Below are positions 29,580 to 39,048 of a stretch of 64,000 nucleotides of DNA, in pieces. Where the stretch lies: the NCBI GenBank assembly GCA_963741955.1, contig CAVUKB010000006.1, positions 1-64,000 of the forward strand, given 5' to 3'. The notes under the pieces were generated by a model that searched no databases, was not told the DNA's origin, and saw nothing but the letters and a program-made list of their open reading frames with translations. The DNA is from an uncultured Acidobacteriota bacterium. GTDB taxonomy: Bacteria > Acidobacteriota > Thermoanaerobaculia > Gp7-AA8. Position 1 is the stretch's first letter. Each line of letters starts with the position of its first letter. Made by a program: the position numbers and the translations under genes.

Positions 29580-30593
29580 TTGAGGCCGTCCGGCATCACC
29601 GAGCTTCATCTCCATCTCGAAGGATCTCTGCAGGCCGACCTCGCGATCGAGCTCGCGGCCGGGAGCGGCCATCCATGGGATGGTCTGAACCGGCGAGAGC
29701 TCCGCCAGAGGTTCCGCTTCGAGAACCTGGACGCTTTCCTCTATTCGGTCCGCGACATGTGCCGTCTTCTCTACGCGCCGGGCGCGCTCGAGCGCGCGGC
29801 ATGGGAGCTGGCGGGTTTTCTCGACCGTCACGGCGTGGAGTACGCGGAGGTTTACACCTCGCCGCAGATCTTCGTCCGATGGGGAATGCCGTACGAGACC
29901 GCTCTCGGCGCGGTGGACCGGGGATTCGAGCGCGCGGAAAAGGAAGGCCTCGCGTCGTGTCGCATTCTTCTCGATTCGGTTCGTCACTGGGGACCGGCAG
30001 TCGCGGAGGCCGTACTCGACGGCTATGAGTCGATGCGACTCCCGCGCGTGATCGGATTCGGAATGGGGGGTGCCGAGACGGTGCCGCTCTCCGAGTTCGC
30101 CGGGGTGTACGAGCGGGCACGATCGCTCGGCCTCCATACGGTGATTCACGCGGGTGAGAGCGGGCCGTCGTCGGACGTCCGGGAGGCGATTGCGGTGCTC
30201 GGTGTGGAGCGGATCGCGCATGGAATCCGCGCGGTCGACGATCCGGATCTCCTCACGATGCTTCGAGAGCGCGGGACGCCGCTCGATGTGGCGGTGACGA
30301 GCAATTACCGGACGCAGTGCGTGCGCGGGCGCCATCCTCTGCGCGAGATCCTCGACGCCGGAGTGCGGGTGACGCTCAGCACGGACGATCCGTCGCTCTT
30401 CCGTACCACCCTGCCGCGGGAGTACGTCCGTGCGATGCGGTTCGCCGGACTCACCGCCGCGGAGCTGCGGAGTATCGCGAGGAACGGGATCGACTGCTCG
30501 TTCGCAGATCCCGAAACGAAGGCCCGGCTGCACGCGAGCCTCGCGAAACGGGAGGACGGCCCGGAACGGCGGCCGACTATACTCTCGTCATGA
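29580..30593 (+). CDS. add: Adenosine/adenine deaminase family protein
   Basis: ELHLHLEGS, HAGE, RIAHG, STDDP metal-binding motifs. Confidence 0.9.
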   Translation: MRPSGITELHLHLEGSLQADLAIELAAGSGHPWDGLNRRELRQRFRFENLDAFLYSVRDMCRLLYAPGALERAAWELAGFLDRHGVEYAEVYTSPQIFVRWGMPYETALGAVDRGFERAEKEGLASCRILLDSVRHWGPAVAEAVLDGYESMRLPRVIGFGMGGAETVPLSEFAGVYERARSLGLHTVIHAGESGPSSDVREAIAVLGVERIAHGIRAVDDPDLLTMLRERGTPLDVAVTSNYRTQCVRGRHPLREILDAGVRVTLSTDDPSLFRTTLPREYVRAMRFAGLTAAELRSIARNGIDCSFADPETKARLHASLAKREDGPERRPTILSS

Positions 30594-32296
30594 ATCGAGA
30601 GTCGCGGCGGGTTCCCGTCTGGGGACTCCTCCTTCTTTTCGCCCTCGTCGCGATCGGATCGGTCGTACGCATCTACAGCTACGATTACTTCTGGCATCTC
30701 GCGACGGGCGAGTGGATTCTGCAGCATCGCGCACTCCCGCTCCACGATCCCTTTTCGATCGCCAGTGAGCGCATTCCGTGGGTCAATGGTGAGTGGCTCT
30801 TTCAGGTCGTGCTCTTCTCCCTCTACCGTCTGGTCGGACACGCGGGCATTTCGATCGCTCGTGCTCTCTTCACTGGATTTCTCTTCGCCATGCTGTTCCG
30901 CTGGAGTGCCCGCCACACTTCGATTCCGGTCGCGCTTCTTCTGACCATCGTCGGCTGGTACGGAGCGGACGCGCGGCTCGGATTCCGTCCGGAGATCGTG
31001 GCGACGCTTTTTCTCGCGATGGCGGTCCACCTGGTCACCGCGGAGCTTCCGGAGTCCCGCAGATCCCGTACGCTTCGCATCGCCGCCTGGGGCGGTCTCG
31101 TGGTTCTCTGGATCAACATTCATCCTTCGGCGCTCCTCGCGCCGCTGCTCGCGGCCGCGGCGTTCGTCGGCGAGGGAGTGCGTGGAGGATCGAAGGCCGT
31201 CGTCCCGGACGAGAGCGGAACGGGAGAGGCGAATCCGACATCATCGCGGCTCGCCCGTCTCGGGTGGACCGCGGGGATGGCGGTCGTCTCCGCGATGGCG
31301 CTCCTCGTGAACCCGTGGGGAGCAGGAGCCATTCTCGCACCATTGCGTCTGGCGCAAATGGTTCGCTCAGGACTTTTCGTCAATCTGGAGTGGCTCCCGA
31401 GTCTTCCGGGGCGCTTTCCGCTCCTCTACCTCACCGCGGCGATCGGCCTTGCCCTCTTCATCGGGACCCGCTCGCTGCGGCCACACGCACCGCGTCTGCT
31501 GATCTTCCTCTTTCTTTCCCTTCTCGCTTTTCGCTTCGTGAGGAATCAGGGTTACTACTACGCGGCGCTGCCACTCCTTCTCGCGCCGTTGATTTCTCTC
31601 CATCTTCCGTTCCGGGAGGAGCGTCGGTTGAAGTTTCATCGCGCGATTCTCGCGGCTGCGGGTCTGATCTGGCTGATGGTGATGATGGCGCACCTCCCGT
31701 GGAGAGCCGGAGTGGACCGGGAGCGCTTTCCGGTCCGGGCGGTGAATCGACTGGAGGCACTCGACCTCCGGGGCAACATCTACAACCCCGATCAGTTCGG
31801 CGGATATCTGATCTTCAGGTTCTATCCGCAAAGACGGGTGCTGGTCGACGGCCGCAACGAGCTCTTCGCGGGATTTCTCCGCTTCTACGAACGGGCACGG
31901 CTCGACAGCCGCCTGTGGCAGGAGTTGCTGCGGCGGTACGACATCAGAATCGCGGTCGACGAGTATCGTCCGCCGATCGAAGTGCGCGACGCGGTCACCG
32001 GCGAGAAGCGGTTGCTTCCCGCGTCACGGGTCTACTTCCCGCGGCGCAAGTGGGCCCTGATCGCATTCGACGATGCGGCGATGGTGTTCGTCCGTCGGGA
32101 TTCCGCGCCGAAGCAGTTGCTCGATCGGATCGAGTACCGGGTCCTGGTGCCCGACGCGGAAGATCTCGATCCCGGTGCAGACGATACGCGGAAGGAAGCG
32201 GCGCGAGAGATCGAGCGTGCGCTGCGTGAGATCGGAGAAACGAACGTGCTGCGGAGGCTGGCGGCTGCCGTGGGCGGTGGACCGTCGCCGAAGTGA
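30590..32296 (+). CDS. Polytopic membrane protein, probable GT-C-type glycosyltransferase-like
   Basis: Start re-called at ATG 30590 (ATGA overlap); DYFWHLATGEWI, DPFS, EWLFQV, RPE, WINIH, NPWG, EW, GGYL, VDGRNE motifs; many TM segments. Confidence 0.82.
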   Translation: MNRESRRVPVWGLLLLFALVAIGSVVRIYSYDYFWHLATGEWILQHRALPLHDPFSIASERIPWVNGEWLFQVVLFSLYRLVGHAGISIARALFTGFLFAMLFRWSARHTSIPVALLLTIVGWYGADARLGFRPEIVATLFLAMAVHLVTAELPESRRSRTLRIAAWGGLVVLWINIHPSALLAPLLAAAAFVGEGVRGGSKAVVPDESGTGEANPTSSRLARLGWTAGMAVVSAMALLVNPWGAGAILAPLRLAQMVRSGLFVNLEWLPSLPGRFPLLYLTAAIGLALFIGTRSLRPHAPRLLIFLFLSLLAFRFVRNQGYYYAALPLLLAPLISLHLPFREERRLKFHRAILAAAGLIWLMVMMAHLPWRAGVDRERFPVRAVNRLEALDLRGNIYNPDQFGGYLIFRFYPQRRVLVDGRNELFAGFLRFYERARLDSRLWQELLRRYDIRIAVDEYRPPIEVRDAVTGEKRLLPASRVYFPRRKWALIAFDDAAMVFVRRDSAPKQLLDRIEYRVLVPDAEDLDPGADDTRKEAAREIERALREIGETNVLRRLAAAVGGGPSPK

Positions 32297-32362
32297 CGAG
32301 GGTCGAGTGGGAACGCCGGTGAGAGTCACGGAAGCTGGTGCATCCCGACTCGATCGATGCGT

Positions 32363-32665
32363 TCAGTTCACCATCTGATCGGTGGGCGCTTCGTAGAGCG
32401 ATTCCTCTTCGGGCCAGCGCTCCCCGATCATCCGTTCGAAGCGCGGACGGATTCGCCGGTCGAAGTCGTCGAGGTAGTGTGGGAAGAGATCGAGGATGGA
32501 CTTACGCGCGCAGTCGACGAGGCATCTCGCCTGTCTGTGGGTGAGGGAATCGTCCGTCCGGAGAAGGTTCTGTGTCAGCTCGATGATCATCCTGAGCCGA
32601 CGAATCCTTTTCCTCCGTTCGAAGAATCCCGGCATGTCGAAGCCCTTCTTCTCTTCGTGGATCAT
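32363..32665 (-). CDS. Small hypothetical protein
   Basis: Helical 100-aa ORF (IRRLRMIIEL...LFP...FDRRIRPRFERMIGERW) filling the gap between genes; start uncertain. Confidence 0.75.
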   Translation of the reverse strand: MIHEEKKGFDMPGFFERRKRIRRLRMIIELTQNLLRTDDSLTHRQARCLVDCARKSILDLFPHYLDDFDRRIRPRFERMIGERWPEEESLYEAPTDQMVN

Positions 32666-32883
32666 TCGTCGTCCGAGAACCCGCGAGGTACACGGGCAAT
32701 TCCGGCGAGATGTTACATTTCACCGGTCCTGCCAACGGACGAGCGAGCCGTTCCGTGTGCGCGAATGTGAAGGAAAATATTCCTTGAAAACGATGCGTGA
32801 GAGACGCGCAACGGAGGAGTGTCGAAGAGGTGGAGATGGATTGAAGGGGCGCCGCACAGCGGGTACTGCGCAGGAGTGGAAGT

Positions 32884-33516
32884 TCAGGCGTGCTCTCGAT
32901 CGCCTTCGGCCCAGATCTCGTCGGCCAGAACGGGATCGATCAGCGACTCGTAGTAGCGGATCGTCGCTCGTCCGACGGCGCGCACCATCGCATAGTTGAG
33001 CGCACCGCCCGAGATCACGCCGATCAGCGGAACGAGCGACGCGAGCCGCTCGTGCACCAGTCTCGTTCCGATCTTCTCCGCGATCATGCCTCCTTCGACC
33101 GTCGCGGATTCGAGCATGACCGCCAGACCATGCTTACTCAGTCCCACACCGGATCCGTACGCGACGCACGCGAGCGCTTCCTGGAACCGCTCCTTCTGCG
33201 AGGGCTCGCGTCCGTAGACCGTCGCCACACCGAGGATCATGCGGAACTGCTGGTAGATGAGATAGGCGAGATCGGCGCCGAGCGCGGCGACCGCACTCAC
33301 TCCGACAGGCACGCCACTGATTGCACCGGTCGCCGCACATCGCATTGCGGTGCGGCGAAGAAGAACGCGCGCATGATCGCGAGGCTCGAAGTCGGGGCGC
33401 GAATCCCGCAGCAGATCGACTTCTCTGCGCAGCTTCTCCGTGTCGATCTCCTCGAAAAGAGATCGAAACAGCTCGATCAGTGCTCCATCTGCCTTCTTCT
33501 TGAGCGCCTTCACCAT
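32884..33516 (-). CDS. EcsC family protein
   Basis: AATGAISGVP...AD...ATVYG...VPLIGVISGGALNY...VGRATIRYY. Confidence 0.85.
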   Translation of the reverse strand: MVKALKKKADGALIELFRSLFEEIDTEKLRREVDLLRDSRPDFEPRDHARVLLRRTAMRCAATGAISGVPVGVSAVAALGADLAYLIYQQFRMILGVATVYGREPSQKERFQEALACVAYGSGVGLSKHGLAVMLESATVEGGMIAEKIGTRLVHERLASLVPLIGVISGGALNYAMVRAVGRATIRYYESLIDPVLADEIWAEGDREHA

Positions 33517-33582
33517 TGTGTCGCGTTTCCGACCTCTTCAATGTACGCGTCCCGGAGGACGGACGTCCACTGAAAGAAAACG

Positions 33583-33921
33583 TCAGGATGTGCTCCCCGT
33601 TCCGGAGGAGGATTTGGATGAAGTTCCGGATGAGCTTCCGGACGAAGGTTCGGACGAAGATCCGGACGAGGAGCTCGACGAGTCGCTCGTCGTCGTCGCC
33701 GATGTCGATTTCGACTTCGACTCCGATCCCCCCGCGCTCCCTCCCTTCGCGTAATCGTTGATGTAAAACCCTGCCCCTTTGAACTTGATGGCCGGCGCCG
33801 AGATGAGCTTCTTCAACGCCCCTCCGCAGTGCGGGCAGATCGTGTAGGGAGGATCCGAAAACCTCTGGATCGCCTCCACGACCTTGCCGCATCCCTCACA
33901 CCTGTATTCGTACAACGGCAT
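33583..33921 (-). CDS. FmdB-family zinc ribbon protein
   Basis: MPLYEYRCEGCG...CPHCGG...FKGAGFYINDY with Ser-rich tail. Confidence 0.95.
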   Translation of the reverse strand: MPLYEYRCEGCGKVVEAIQRFSDPPYTICPHCGGALKKLISAPAIKFKGAGFYINDYAKGGSAGGSESKSKSTSATTTSDSSSSSSGSSSEPSSGSSSGTSSKSSSGTGSTS

Positions 33922-34038
33922 GGCCGCATACCTCCCGGCGTCTGGAACACCGCAGAGGTGGCAACGGATTCCTTCCGGAACGGGGGCGCGTTGGTGCGCT
34001 CTCGAGGCAGCCCTGTTCCTGCCGCGCAGCCGACCCGG

Positions 34039-34653
34039 TCACTCCTCGGAGCCGGCGGCGAGCTTCAGCGGGCCTTCGTATTCCGCAGCGAAGAGATGCC
34101 CGTCGCGGAAGAAGACCGCGGCCACTTTTCCGTCCGTCCGCCCGTAGTACCACGACTCGATGGTTCCGCCGTTCTTCTCGACCGTCCGCTTCCAACCCGG
34201 GAGAGGCTTTCCGATCTCCGCCGCCACCTCTTCAGTGGTCATGCCAGTCCGGAGATCGAGGAGCTGCCCGCGCGAGACGTGGACGTGGCGCAACGCTTCG
34301 TCGAGCTCGCGCTGCACGTCGTCGCGCGCAGGGTGCCGCGCGAGGAAGCTGCGGTAGAACGGGGCTGCCTCACGATAGCGGCCCTCCGCGGCGAGAGAGC
34401 GGGCGCGCTTGAGTTGCAGCTCCTCCCAGGCATGACGGGCCCGCATGTGCTCCGGATGAAGCTGGAGGAAGCCGGCGACGGCGTCCGCGTAGGCCTGCTT
34501 CGTCTCCGTGGTCGGATTCGCGGTCATCTGCGCCTTGACGCCGAGCACCGACTGCCATTCCTGCTGTTCCTTCCGGCTGCCGGGGTCGGTACATCCGGAA
34601 AAGAGAACGACGAAGAGGAGGAGAACGAGCGGTGTGGAAAGGCGGCGGCCCAT
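34039..34653 (-). CDS. Lipoprotein with TPR-like helix pair and SmpA/OmlA(BamE)-like C-terminal domain
   Basis: Start re-called at 34653; lipobox LFSGC; LRTGMTTEEVAAEIGKP...WYY. Confidence 0.8.
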   Translation of the reverse strand: MGRRLSTPLVLLLFVVLFSGCTDPGSRKEQQEWQSVLGVKAQMTANPTTETKQAYADAVAGFLQLHPEHMRARHAWEELQLKRARSLAAEGRYREAAPFYRSFLARHPARDDVQRELDEALRHVHVSRGQLLDLRTGMTTEEVAAEIGKPLPGWKRTVEKNGGTIESWYYGRTDGKVAAVFFRDGHLFAAEYEGPLKLAAGSEE

Positions 34654-34758
34654 CCGCGGCAAAGTAACACAACCCGAAGAGATCCGGGCGGGCGAGGCCG
34701 ACGGCGTTTCGCGATCCAGTGAGGAGCCGTCTCGCTGTGCTGACGCCGCGGCATTATC

Positions 34759-34788
34759 TTGACACTGCCAGCGGGGGGACCACATAAT
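34759..34788 (+). promoter_or_regulatory. Sigma70-type promoter of 34838
   Basis: TTGACA-N18-CATAAT; SD GGGAGGGA before ATG 34838. Confidence 0.7.
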
Positions 34789-34837
34789 CGCCCTCTGGCG
34801 ATCCGCATTCGTTTAACCCGAACATTGGGAGGGATTT

Positions 34838-36219
34838 ATGGCCGTGCGGGGTGAAGAGGTCGCACAGAAGTTCGAAGCCTTCGTGCGGGAGTCCGTCGAC
34901 CGCATGGTCGCCGACATCCGCTCCACAATCCAGGACGTACGCGAGGCCGTCGACCAGCAACTCGACGCGGCGCTTCAGAGCGTCCAGGCGGACGCCAGCG
35001 CGCCATCGCTCCACTCCGAGATCGAGAAGCTCCTTTCCGACATCGATCTTGCCGCGCCTGCCGTTGCGGCTGAACCCGCTGCTCCATCCGGTTCCGAAGT
35101 CAAGACAGCCGTCCAGAACATCGAGCGCGGGAAGACTCAGGTCGACGTTCTGAACGGGCTCCTCGAGCAGGTCCTTCGCTTCGGCTCGCGCGCCGCGCTG
35201 CTGATCCTCAAAGGAAACGGCTTCAGCGGATGGAAGGGAGCGGGCTTCACTGCGAACGGCGGCAGCGATGAACAGATCAAACGCTTCAACACCGACGCAG
35301 GCGCGATCCCCCAGCTCCAGCAACTTCTGGCCGCCGAAAAGAGCGTGAAGTGGGACGGCGCCAATCTTACGCAGGCGCTCAATGCTTCGAGACCGGAGCG
35401 CGCGATCCTCGTGCCGATGGTCATCAAAGACAAGATCGCCGCGGCGTTGTACGTCGACGTGATGGCCGGCTCCGACCGCAACTTCGACGTCGACTCGATC
35501 GAGCTCCTGGTCTTCACCACCGGCCTCCTGGTCGACACTCTCGGCATCCGCAAGAAGACGCCGTCGCCCAGCCTTTCCGAAGCGTCCGGCTCCACGGCTG
35601 CAGCGACTCCGACAACAGCATCTCCCCAACCGCCGGCAGCATCTCCCCAATCGGAACCGACGGTCACACTCCCCCCCCGCGGCCCGCACCTCCCCCTCCG
35701 CCAACCACCGCGCAGGTACGTCCGCCGGAAGACCTCGAAGGATCAGGGAAGCGCGTCGCACCTCCGCAGGTACGCCCTTCCACTCAGGTCCAGCCACCCG
35801 CTCCTGCTGCGCCGCGTCCTGAGGCGCCCGCTCCCCAAGCGCCGTCGCCGGCGCAGGCGCAGTCTGCTCCGGCCGCGCACGAGCCGGGCGACCGTTCGTC
35901 GACGCAATACATCCCGCCCCCGGGACTCAGCCGCGGCGGGGCATTCGCGCAGCCTCCGTCGGAAGACGCCAAACGGCACGACGAAGCACGGCGGTTCGCG
36001 CGTCTCCTCGTCTCGGAGATCAAGCTGTACAACGAGGCGAAGGTCGACCAGGGACGGAAGAACAGAGATCTCTACGAACGGCTGAAGGAAGACATCGACC
36101 GGAGCCGGCAGATGTACGACGAGCGGATTCCGGAGGACGTCCGAAAGAGCTCCAACTACTTCTACGACGAGCTGGTCCGGATTCTCGCGGACGGACAGAC
36201 CGATTCGCTCGGGCTCTGA
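34838..36219 (+). CDS. GAF-like domain + Pro-rich linker + RomX-like C-terminal domain; frameshifted at C8 tract 35671-35678
   Basis: Frame of 34838 is protein-like to ...SEPTVTLPP, then Arg-rich nonsense. The -1 frame continues PRPAPPPPP...EARRFARLLVSEIKLYNE...DLYERLKEDIDRSRQMY to stop 36219. One extra C joins them (about 460 aa). Confidence 0.82.
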
Positions 36220-36460
36220 GACGAGCTGCCCACATCCATTCTTGCCATCGCGAGAAGGTGGTGCAGCACGGACACATTCGTTCAGTCGGAGTCGCGATGG
36301 AAGCGGCTGGGAGTCTGCGTTTCTCACGCCATCTCTGCCGGCAAAAGGCCCGGGAGTCGCCAAAAGGGAGATGGTGCGTTCCTGCGATCGTGGCTGATCC
36401 GCGTCAGGCGTCCGAAGTGAGGTACGCAGCGGGCGAGGAATCTGCACCTGGATTCCTCCG

Positions 36461-38821
36461 ATGAGGCCGAAGCGTTCCGTGACGAATCGATCCGGCGCCA
36501 CGATGACGATCCTCGGCGCGACGCTGGTGCTTCTGCTCGGCGGCCTGCTGATCCTCTTCCTGCGCGATCCCTCCTTCCATCCGGCGGAGAGTGGAACCGT
36601 GATCGCAGCCCACGCCCCCTCCGAGCTCGCCCCATTCAGAGAGCCGTTCCTGCGAGGGATCGACGCGATCCAGCATTTCGACCCGGCAGTGGCGATCGGT
36701 GCATTCGAATCGTTCTCTTTCGGCGACCGCGCGGTCGAGGAATATCGCCTCTATTACCTCGCGAATGCCTACCAGCTTCACGGCGATCGCGATCGTGCTC
36801 GGCTGACCCTCGCCACGCTCTGGTCGAGAAAACCGCGGCTGGGCTACCGCACGGATGCGGCGTTCAACCTCGCACAGCTCTATGAGGATTCGGGGAACTG
36901 GTCGAACGCCGCGAGGGTTCTGGGGACGGAAGGAGATCGCGCGACGCAACCGGATGTGATCGCCACCGCTCGCGCGGCGCAGATCCGTGCCGCCACCTAC
37001 GGCGGCGATCCGGGGGCGGTCCTCTACGCGGTTCGCAACCTGATCGTCGAAAGCCCGAAGAGCGCCGAAGCGAGAGCCGCTTTCGCGACGTACCGAGCCA
37101 TGCTCTCCATCCCCGACGATACCCCGGTTCCGCTCACCCTTCGCGAAAGAGTCGTCCGCTGCGAGCATCTGCTGCGCGACGGGGACCCGGCGGCCGCGCT
37201 CGCGGAGCTCGATGCCATCGCGCCGCTCGCGGCAGAAACCTCGACACGCTATCGCGTCACGCTCGATCGCGGTATCGCGCTCCAGCGCCTCGCCAGATTC
37301 GAAGAATCGGATCGCGTTCTCCAGCCGCTGTTCGCGACGTATTACCGGTATGCAGTTCCGGCGCTCCAGAACTCGGCGAGGAACCTCCGCGCCCTTGCAG
37401 ATTCGATTCACGCGGAGACGAGTCGAACCATCAAAGTGCGACAACGCGCCGGAACGAAAACCGTCCGCCGAAAGGGAAAAATGGTCCGGATCGCGACGTA
37501 CCGCACCGTGACCCGTACGGTGACGGTGAAGGATCCGAAGCTCGAGGCGAAACGCGAGACGTACGAACGGATGTACGCGGAACGGCTCAAGGACCTCCTC
37601 CAGACTCACGCCAGCCCGGAAGTCCGGCTCGACACGCTCCGGAGACTCCTCATCGTCGCGACGGAGAAGAAGCAGGAGTCGTACATGATGGAGCTCGTTG
37701 CGCAGATCGTCGCGCTCGACCGCCTTGCGGATCCGGGACTGCAGCATTTCTGGGACGAGGCGTGGGACGCCTACGAAAAGCGCGACTTCGAACGGTCACG
37801 CGATCTGCTCGACTTCATCCGCACCACGTACAAGAGCGAGAACATTCGCCGGCAGGCCTCCTACTGGTATGCCCGCTCGCTCGAGCATCTGGGCAGGAAG
37901 GAAGAAGCGTCCGCGATCTTCACCAAGATCGCCGATGCGCCGTACGAAGATCTCTACGCCCGCTTCGCCGAGCAGCGGGGGGCGAAGCGGCGGGCGCCTT
38001 CGGACAACCCTCTCGACCGCGGCGGCGCGAGCTGGCCGTCGATGGTCAGCCCGCACATTCCACCGGAGCTCCGTCTCGCATTCGATCTGGACATGCTGGG
38101 CGACGGCCGCGATTCGCGGTTGGAGATCCAGAAGAACGTCTCACCCTCGAATCGGCGATGGGGGGAAATGATTCTCGCCGATCTGTACTACACCGAAGGG
38201 CAGACGGAGCTCGGCAACCGATACGTCCGTCGCGCCTATCCGGAGATCGCGACCGTCGAACAGGACTCCGTCCCGCCCCGTTTCCTCGGCCTCTACTATC
38301 CGCTCCGCTACGAGGAGACGATCCGGGAAACGGCGGCGAAGCGGGGGCTCGATCCATATCTCGTCATGGCCATCGTGCGGCAGGAAAGCACGTTCAACCG
38401 TCAGGCTCGGTCGCCCGTCGGCGCGACCGGCCTGATGCAGCTGATGCCCGCCACCGCGCGCGAGCTCGGCGGCCGGCTCACCATCGCGCTCGCCCCTGGC
38501 GGACTCGAAAATCCAGCCATCAATCTCGAGCTGGGAACGTACTACCTGCGCAAGCTCGTCGATCTTCTGTACGGGAAGATCGAGCTGGCCGTGGCCGGCT
38601 ACAACGGCGGACCTTACCGCATCAAGCGATTGCGCGAAGAGCAGAAGTCGAAACCGCTGGATGAGTTCATCGAGGGAATCCCGCTCTCGGAAACGAGGAA
38701 CTACGTCAAGCGGGTGATTCTGCTTCGCTCGAGCTACGAGAGGTTCTACGGCTCGCCGGCTCGGGAACGCTCCCCGAGGGCGGATCTCTCCTCCATAAAT
38801 CCGACTTTGCATTCGGAGTAA
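36461..38821 (+). CDS. Lytic transglycosylase (Slt70-like, TPR superhelix + SLT domain)
   Basis: N-terminal TM anchor; RQESTFN, GATGLMQLMPATA, AGYNGGP, ETRNYVKRV. Start could be 36503. Confidence 0.93.
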   Translation: MRPKRSVTNRSGATMTILGATLVLLLGGLLILFLRDPSFHPAESGTVIAAHAPSELAPFREPFLRGIDAIQHFDPAVAIGAFESFSFGDRAVEEYRLYYLANAYQLHGDRDRARLTLATLWSRKPRLGYRTDAAFNLAQLYEDSGNWSNAARVLGTEGDRATQPDVIATARAAQIRAATYGGDPGAVLYAVRNLIVESPKSAEARAAFATYRAMLSIPDDTPVPLTLRERVVRCEHLLRDGDPAAALAELDAIAPLAAETSTRYRVTLDRGIALQRLARFEESDRVLQPLFATYYRYAVPALQNSARNLRALADSIHAETSRTIKVRQRAGTKTVRRKGKMVRIATYRTVTRTVTVKDPKLEAKRETYERMYAERLKDLLQTHASPEVRLDTLRRLLIVATEKKQESYMMELVAQIVALDRLADPGLQHFWDEAWDAYEKRDFERSRDLLDFIRTTYKSENIRRQASYWYARSLEHLGRKEEASAIFTKIADAPYEDLYARFAEQRGAKRRAPSDNPLDRGGASWPSMVSPHIPPELRLAFDLDMLGDGRDSRLEIQKNVSPSNRRWGEMILADLYYTEGQTELGNRYVRRAYPEIATVEQDSVPPRFLGLYYPLRYEETIRETAAKRGLDPYLVMAIVRQESTFNRQARSPVGATGLMQLMPATARELGGRLTIALAPGGLENPAINLELGTYYLRKLVDLLYGKIELAVAGYNGGPYRIKRLREEQKSKPLDEFIEGIPLSETRNYVKRVILLRSSYERFYGSPARERSPRADLSSINPTLHSE

Positions 38822-38864
38822 TGAACGCGGGCCCCTCAATCCGTTCAAGAAACCGTCCGCGGAA

Positions 38865-38967
38865 TCCAATGAATTGGAATTCGGCCCGAAACGTTGATTT
38901 CGCTTTTTCGCAAGCGCATTGGAAATGAACGACTTACACTTCCGAAAGCGACGGCACTTCCGTTGCT
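38865..38967 (+). promoter_or_regulatory. Sigma54 promoter with candidate enhancer and IHF sites
   Basis: CGGCAC-TTCCG-TTGCT at 38952-38967 (GG-N10-GC); TCCAAT-GA-ATTGGA palindrome at 38865-38878; IHF-like AATGAACGACTTA at 38924-38936. Confidence 0.65.
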
Positions 38968-39048
38968 GGCGATCAGCAGGGATCAGACGCGAATTTTGCC
39001 GCTCGATCGAGCAGGCAGATCCGCGAACGATCCGCTCCGGGCCAATCG

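Noticed and set aside
33583-33745. Ser/Gly-coding near-repeats (TTCCGGAxGAG)
   Set aside because: Ordinary low-complexity tail of FmdB-family proteins.
35679-36085. Arg-rich C-terminus of ORF 34838-36085
   Set aside because: Out-of-frame read-through past the C8 tract; the protein-like sequence is in the other frame.
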